Shown here: piece after piece, positions 29,901 to 32,000 of the stretch | Position numbering within the stretch: position 1 is the first letter of the stretch | Layout of the letters: each line of letters starts with the position of its first letter | From: Mycolicibacterium smegmatis | GTDB taxonomy: Bacteria; Actinomycetota; Actinomycetes; Mycobacteriales; Mycobacteriaceae | Direction of reading: 5' to 3' | Length of the DNA: 32,000 nucleotides | Assembly (NCBI RefSeq): GCF_001457595.1 | Contig: NZ_LN831039.1 | Location: forward strand, 1-32,000 | Notes under the pieces: generated by a model | The model's database searches: none | Told to the model about the DNA's origin: nothing | What the model saw: only the letters and a program-made list of their open reading frames with translations | Made by a program: the position numbers and the translations under genes

Positions 29901-32000
29901 CCACCTGGCGCGCGTGCTGCCGGGTTACATGGTGCCGACGCGCTACGGCATCGTCGACTCGTTGCCGCTGACCATCAACGGCAAACTCGACGTCGCGGCA
30001 CTGCCCGAACCCGTCGCCGCGACCAGTGGCACCGGCCGGACACCGCGCACCGACCGCGAGGCCACCCTGCTCGAGATCGTGGCCTCGGTGCTCGGCATCG
30101 ACGGCATCGGCGTGGACGACGACTTCTTCACCCTCGGCGGTGACAGCATCTCATCGATCTCGGTGTGCGGACGCGCCCGCAAGGCCGGGCTCAACATCAC
30201 GCCGCGAGACGTGTTCCGGCGCCGCACCATTGCCGCGCTCGCGGCAAGTGCCGACACCACGCAGACCCCGGAGTCCGGTCCCGACACCGGGACCGGGGCC
30301 ATCACCGCGACCCCCATGCTCGCCGAGACCGCACAGGCGAACACGCCGCTGACCAACTTCTACCAGGCCATGGTGCTGGCCACGCCGGCCGGGATCACCG
30401 CGCACGAGGTGCAACGCGTGCTGCAGACCGTGGTCGACGCCCACGCGATGCTGCGTGCGCGCCTGGTGACCACCGCGACGGGCTGGACCCTGACCGTTCC
30501 CGATCAGACCGCGGCGATCGGGCTCACCGTCCGGTCGGGTGCGCTGACCAGCGACTGTGTCGAGGCCGAGAAAGCCGCGGCGGCAGCCGAACTCGACCCT
30601 CGGGCGGGCAACATGGTACGCGCGGTGTGGTTCGACGCCCCGGAGGCGAGCGGGCAACTGCTGCTCGTGATCCACCACCTGGTGATCGACGGCGTGTCGT
30701 GGCGCATCCTGTCCGAGGATCTTTCGCGCGCGTGGAACGACCTGGCCGCAGGACGCGACGTGGCGGCCGACGCCGTGCCGACGTCGTTTCACACGTGGGC
30801 GAACGCACTGGCACAGCGCACATTCGACGACGAGCGCGAGTACTGGGCCGATGTGCTGGCCACGCCGGATCCGGATCTGGGCAGCCGCCCGCCGGATCCG
30901 GCGATCGACACCGCGGACACCGTGCGCAGTCACGAGGTCACCCTGCCGTCCGATGTCACCGCGGCCCTGCTGACCTCGGTGCCCGCCGCGATGCACGGCG
31001 GTGTCAACGACGTGCTGCTCACCGGACTGGCGGTGGCGCTGGGACAGTGGCGTGCCGACCGGGGCCACTCACAGAACACCGCCACCGTGATCAGCCTGGA
31101 GCGCCACGGCCGCGAATCCGACCTGGTGGCAGCCGATCTGGACCTTTCACGAACCGTCGGCTGGTTCACCTCCATCTATCCGGTGCGCATCGACCCGGGC
31201 CCCCTCGAATGGGACACAGTGCGGTCGGCAGGCGCGGAACTCGCCGCAGCGGCCAAGGCCGTCAAAGAACAACTGCGCGCGGTACCCAACCGCGGGCTCG
31301 GCTACGGCGTCCTGCGTCACCTCCACGGCGCGCTGGACGGCACCCCGCCGCAGATCCTGTTCAACTACCTCGGCCGCTTCACCGGCGGCAGCGGCAACGA
31401 CTGGCGACCGGTCGCGGGAATCGGCGCGCTCACCGAGGGCGTGGATCCGAGCAACCCGGCCATGCCACTCGAGATCAACGCCCTGGCCGAGGAGCGGCCC
31501 GACGGCACGGTGCTCAGCATGACGCTGGCCTGGCCCGGTGGGCTGCTCGACGCCGACGACGTCGCCGAACTCGGCTCGATGTGGGCCGATGTGCTTGTCG
31601 CGCTGACCCGTTGTGATGCCCTGCGGGGCCACACCCCGTCGGACTTCGGCCTGGTGACCGTCAGCCAGGACGACATCGACGGCTGGGATCGACTCGGCGA
31701 GGTCGAGGAGGTGCTGCCCCTGCTGCCGCTGCAGGAGGGTATGTACTTCCACAGCATGTTCGGGGATCCTGCGACCGACACCTACCGCGTGCAGCAGATC
31801 GCCCAACTGTCCGGCCCGGTGGATCCCGAGGTGCTGCGTACCAGTCTCACCGTCGTGATGCGCCGCCACCAGGCGTTGCGTGCGAGCTTTAACGAACTCA
31901 CCGACGGCCGGGTGGCGCAGGTGATCTGGTCCGACGTCCCGGTTCAGCTCACCGTGGTCGACACGGATGATCTGGAAAGCATTGCCGCAGAGGAGCTCGC
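20665..32000 (+). CDS. fxbB: Non-ribosomal peptide synthetase, 3' end beyond the window (exochelin synthetase, fxbB/fxbC region). Domains seen: A-T-E, C-A-T, C-A-T-E, C...
   Basis: This frame is not in the ORF track. It is the same frame as the preceding gene. The first start after the TAG at 20629-20631 is the GTG at 20665, 9 nt after GGAGGA. Hand translation shows:
- A3 motifs at about 21170 ([16 protein letters not shown]), 25715 ([12 protein letters not shown]) and 28930 ([13 protein letters not shown])
- A8 motifs [40 protein letters not shown] and [20 protein letters not shown]
- carrier GGDS serines at 22393, 26848 and 30145
- HHxxxDG-type motifs at 22921, 24385, 27481 and 30670
- epimerase EGHGRE/ERHGRE at 23356 and 31100
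All of these are in one frame. No frame-1 plus-strand ORF is listed after 20631, so no in-frame stop occurs before base 32000. Confidence 0.93.
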   Translation, partial: MTADSLDIAELLELWNNHSTPEHTSTVPTLFAAQCALTPDEVAVVDGERRLTYRHLETHVAQLAHAVRVAAGEGPEPIVAIGVPRSAEMVVCVLAAMMAGVAFVPLDPSWPAHRRRQVLADSGAVATFITREDESDWGVPGLRVDLGAWQFTAESPVLPQADVHPAQLAYVIFTSGSTGKPKGAMIRHDAIAERLQWQRDHILHFGKHDHTDASLFKAPLSFDISVNEILLPLVSGGRVVVAVPDGEKDPEYLLELIRTEQVTFVYLVSSMLDTLLELDRLATADGAPSSLASLRHVWCGGEVLTPGLFARFRKQLTTTLYHGYGPAEATIGVSHVIYRDTAERIATSIGRPNPHTQLYVLDEYLQPVPPGVGGELYAAGFLLGRGYVNAPSLTASRFVANPFDGNGSRMYRTGDLARWTEDGSLEFLGRADNQVKIGGRRVELEEIESQLADHPAVRHAVVDVHRQGGADVLVGYLVAADGVRNDAAWHAEVADWARTRLPEYMVPKAFVALERVPLTANGKTDRRALPAPDLERSGTVKPPRTPRETVLCQVFADALDIDAVGVDEDFFALGGDSIVAIRVVSRLRAAGYTLRPRDMFAHRTVEALAPLLGDSDVRDTGPAVDPTGAATPTPILRWLDEVGTAGSVLNGFHQGMSLVTPADADENTLRAAIAATVRRHHVLWAPPGRTASDIDIPGTPPETRLLIADASDGIPAQAEKVARQLVSLLDTARIAFGWIRRPAAPGRLVVIADHTVIDGVSLRILAEDIATAYGLIAEGRAVELPTPHTSWRAWAQRLADTAAAGGFDADLEHWQQVCATTETPWGDRALDPAIDTVATESRLTVELPSAVTDAILTTVPDRIHGHVNDALVAALYLALRRWLHTRGVGADTLLVEMEGHGREGHLVDSDTAGLDLSNTVGWFTTLYPVALRDAEFDWQAAVSGGPQLGAAVRSVKDQLRSVPSHGFSYGALRYLRDGTSGLEAAPQVLFNYLGRFGTADRPWALANDTTAVLEDRDPGMPLPRLLEVNAEAVTTADGSVLRATFSWPAHAVAEVDVRTLAGMWTDLLTAIASSDDVRGHSASDFDRVSVTADDVAELERRYPGLTDLLPLTPTQQGIYFHSTFSRDRDPYVVQQIVDITGPLDTERFQRATESVAARHRALGAVFTTLSDGTPVAVHAATVAPDFDVLDARHAADPSTVVAQRARWERERRFDLAAAPLTRYTLVRRRDDLHTMIQTVHHIVADGWSVPIVLDDLLTAYAGDDFDGPAPEFARFVDWLEQRDTDADRAAWAPALEDITEPTRLAAADGARGRTTGSGFGTRTVTLQSRSAVADAANGAAVTVGTLLHTAWGLALGRLTGRDDVVFGTVVSGRGADVHGIESMVGLLVNTVPVRVAWSADDTGADVAGRLAAVESTLLEHHHLPLTEAHRLAGVGELFDTLVVIENLGATTHTRGDLTLGDIGVIEAPHYPLTLMISVRDTITVTVTNDREHVSDVLADTAVAAFTEVLTALTADPGVSPGDIALPAPQATAPPTQAPQTVTDLIAAAIAEHRDDIALVVGETEWTYGQLGARAGELAAALAEAGVRRGDIVALATARSADLVAAIWAIIAAGAAYLPVDLAYPRTRIEYMLRHARPTAVIADGVGAHVVSGALPADTIVVSTTATHAAVPFTPVPVDGADAVSVLYTSGSTGEPKAVVGTHAALANRLAWAVEAWPAATRIAKSSLSFIDGTTELLAGLAAGARTVLAGDETARDGRRLAQLVAAHGVEQLLAVPSLAAVLADERTEDVAELNRWIVSGEALEPRHLHALRTACPTAEIVNSYGSSEVAGDVLAGVQDDAGITLGAAVPGAGIRILDSRLRQLPAGVIGEIYVTGGQLARGYLGRPGQTATRFVAAPGGERMYRTGDLGALLPDGRVVFAGRADDQLKINGHRVEPGEIESVLARQPGVREAAVIGTGTQLAAFVVLESDAPGAGDLLTAVSAELPGHLVPSSLRPVDAIPLLPSGKRDNTALRSLLVPGESTDTAPTNDVQRAVLDVMTGVLARDTLGADDDFFAVGGDSISAIRVTSRLARAGYHIATEDVFRGRTAAGVAALVDTVEPLAHDAAIEPFGTVRLSPQTIDRIRESGPVEDIWAMSPLQLGVYYQSTLADAGPTYIAQNVFEFDRRIDVDAMRRAFTALLRRHPQLRAGFRTVEHAEPEPAPDATPVVQVVVTDPPSDLTVVDLTDQDDPAAAQHIVDTDRTAPFDVATPPLLRLTVIRLPGGRDRMLFTYHFLLFDGWSRELVLRDLFALYDSDAQHGAIAPHGDLVVRHLQWLATDGDPQASGATDAWRDLLAGLTEPTLASGVSPDHPDARPGTEPGRIVVRVPEDVTTQLHTCATAHGATLNSVVTAAVALVTGYHAGTTDVVIGTTVAGRPGHLVGIDETIGLFLNTVPVRVDMSPTRSVAAAMASIGEQRVAMMRHDHLGLGQIQRAAGDSGSALFDSLLVLQNFLDDDTFTDLESRHGIIDVNYHDTTHFPLTWVLTPGRELAIKLEHRVVDDARATEMVEQLVTVLRTIAAEPDTAVGAVDLIGADRRAQLERRWSSTERPLEPVTIAELLARRAEQNPDDVALVFGAQSVTYREFDDRVSQFARHLRARGAAPETFVALALPRSIDMVVALFAVLRAGAAYLPLELDLPIDRLRTIIDDAEPVLLVTTTDRTELIGHARARGADVIALDDAETAATLADTPAYALTAGELGAFASGSTRLNHPAYLIYTSGSTGRPKGVLTGYAGLTNMYFNHREAIFAPTVARAGSAEQLRIAHTVSFSFDMSWEELFWLVEGHQVHVCDEELRRDAPALVAYCHRHRIDVINVTPTYAHHLFDAGLLDDGAHTPPLVLLGGEAVGDGVWSALRDHPDSAGYNLYGPTEYTINALGGGTDDSETPTVGQPIWNTRGYILDAALRPVPDGAVGELYIAGTGLARGYHRRAGLTAATMVADPYVPGGRMYRTGDLVRRRPGSAELLDYLGRVDDQVKIRGYRVELGEIESVLTTADGVARCAVVARATGANPPVKTLAAYVIPDRRPAEDAAFITGLRDHLARVLPGYMVPTRYGIVDSLPLTINGKLDVAALPEPVAATSGTGRTPRTDREATLLEIVASVLGIDGIGVDDDFFTLGGDSISSISVCGRARKAGLNITPRDVFRRRTIAALAASADTTQTPESGPDTGTGAITATPMLAETAQANTPLTNFYQAMVLATPAGITAHEVQRVLQTVVDAHAMLRARLVTTATGWTLTVPDQTAAIGLTVRSGALTSDCVEAEKAAAAAELDPRAGNMVRAVWFDAPEASGQLLLVIHHLVIDGVSWRILSEDLSRAWNDLAAGRDVAADAVPTSFHTWANALAQRTFDDEREYWADVLATPDPDLGSRPPDPAIDTADTVRSHEVTLPSDVTAALLTSVPAAMHGGVNDVLLTGLAVALGQWRADRGHSQNTATVISLERHGRESDLVAADLDLSRTVGWFTSIYPVRIDPGPLEWDTVRSAGAELAAAAKAVKEQLRAVPNRGLGYGVLRHLHGALDGTPPQILFNYLGRFTGGSGNDWRPVAGIGALTEGVDPSNPAMPLEINALAEERPDGTVLSMTLAWPGGLLDADDVAELGSMWADVLVALTRCDALRGHTPSDFGLVTVSQDDIDGWDRLGEVEEVLPLLPLQEGMYFHSMFGDPATDTYRVQQIAQLSGPVDPEVLRTSLTVVMRRHQALRASFNELTDGRVAQVIWSDVPVQLTVVDTDDLESIAAEEL
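23968..26955 (+). other. NRPS module 2 (approximate bounds): C (23968-25230), A (25282-26710), T (26749-26955); no E domain
   Basis: The C domain has [14 protein letters not shown] and HHIVADGWS. The A domain has unusual A4/A5 regions ([17 protein letters not shown]). The T domain has [14 protein letters not shown]. Confidence 0.75.
27040..31650 (+). other. NRPS module 3 (approximate bounds): C (27040-28375), A (28440-29995), T (30043-30250), E (30295-31650)
   Basis: The C domain has [14 protein letters not shown] and [10 protein letters not shown]. The A domain has [28 protein letters not shown] and LTINGKLD. The T domain has [14 protein letters not shown]. The E domain has [25 protein letters not shown] and FNYLGRF. 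Confidence 0.75.
31690..32000 (+). other. Start of NRPS module 4 condensation domain (truncated by the window end)
   Basis: [14 protein letters not shown]...YRVQQI...[10 protein letters not shown] follows an E domain. Its N-terminal motif resembles that of the module 2 C domain, which also follows an E domain. Confidence 0.7.

Noticed and set aside
27709-29904. A 731-aa minus-strand ORF.
   Set aside because: It is antisense to NRPS module 3 (C and A domains), has the same Arg/Gly/Asp-rich low-information composition, and has no start context.

Overview
This is a high-GC (roughly two-thirds G+C by eye) actinobacterial chromosome-origin window. Its layout matches the start of a Mycolicibacterium (Mycobacterium) smegmatis-type chromosome.

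First 12 kb, replication core: dnaA (TTG start at base 1), oriC, dnaN, gnd-like dehydrogenase, recF, DUF721, gyrB, gyrA, DUF3566 membrane protein, tRNA-Ile, a 30-codon ORF, tRNA-Ala.

Remaining 20 kb, iron-acquisition island, which I recognise as the exochelin (fxu/fxb/exiT) locus:
- a standalone siderophore-interacting reductase (SIP)
- a FecCD-type importer with two permeases and an ATPase but no binding protein
- a convergent formyltransferase (fxbA)
- a divergent operon of MbtH-like protein, two ABC exporter half-transporters and a giant NRPS

The most important technical point is that the NRPS frame (+ strand, 20665 to the window end, more than 3778 codons) is missing from the supplied ORF track. 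It has no stop codon inside the window. The track shows only Arg-rich out-of-frame and antisense decoy ORFs across that 11 kb.

Other sequence-level observations:
- candidate IdeR iron boxes in front of both iron operons
- an asymmetric (one degenerate ATP site) exporter pair
- a non-alpha-amino-acid type adenylation pocket in NRPS module 2
- a DnaA-box cluster plus an AT-rich element in oriC
- a gyrB leader hairpin

I see no CRISPR array, IS element, prophage or defence system. I do not think this window holds a genuinely undescribed system; the accessory part is a known siderophore locus with some under-annotated details.
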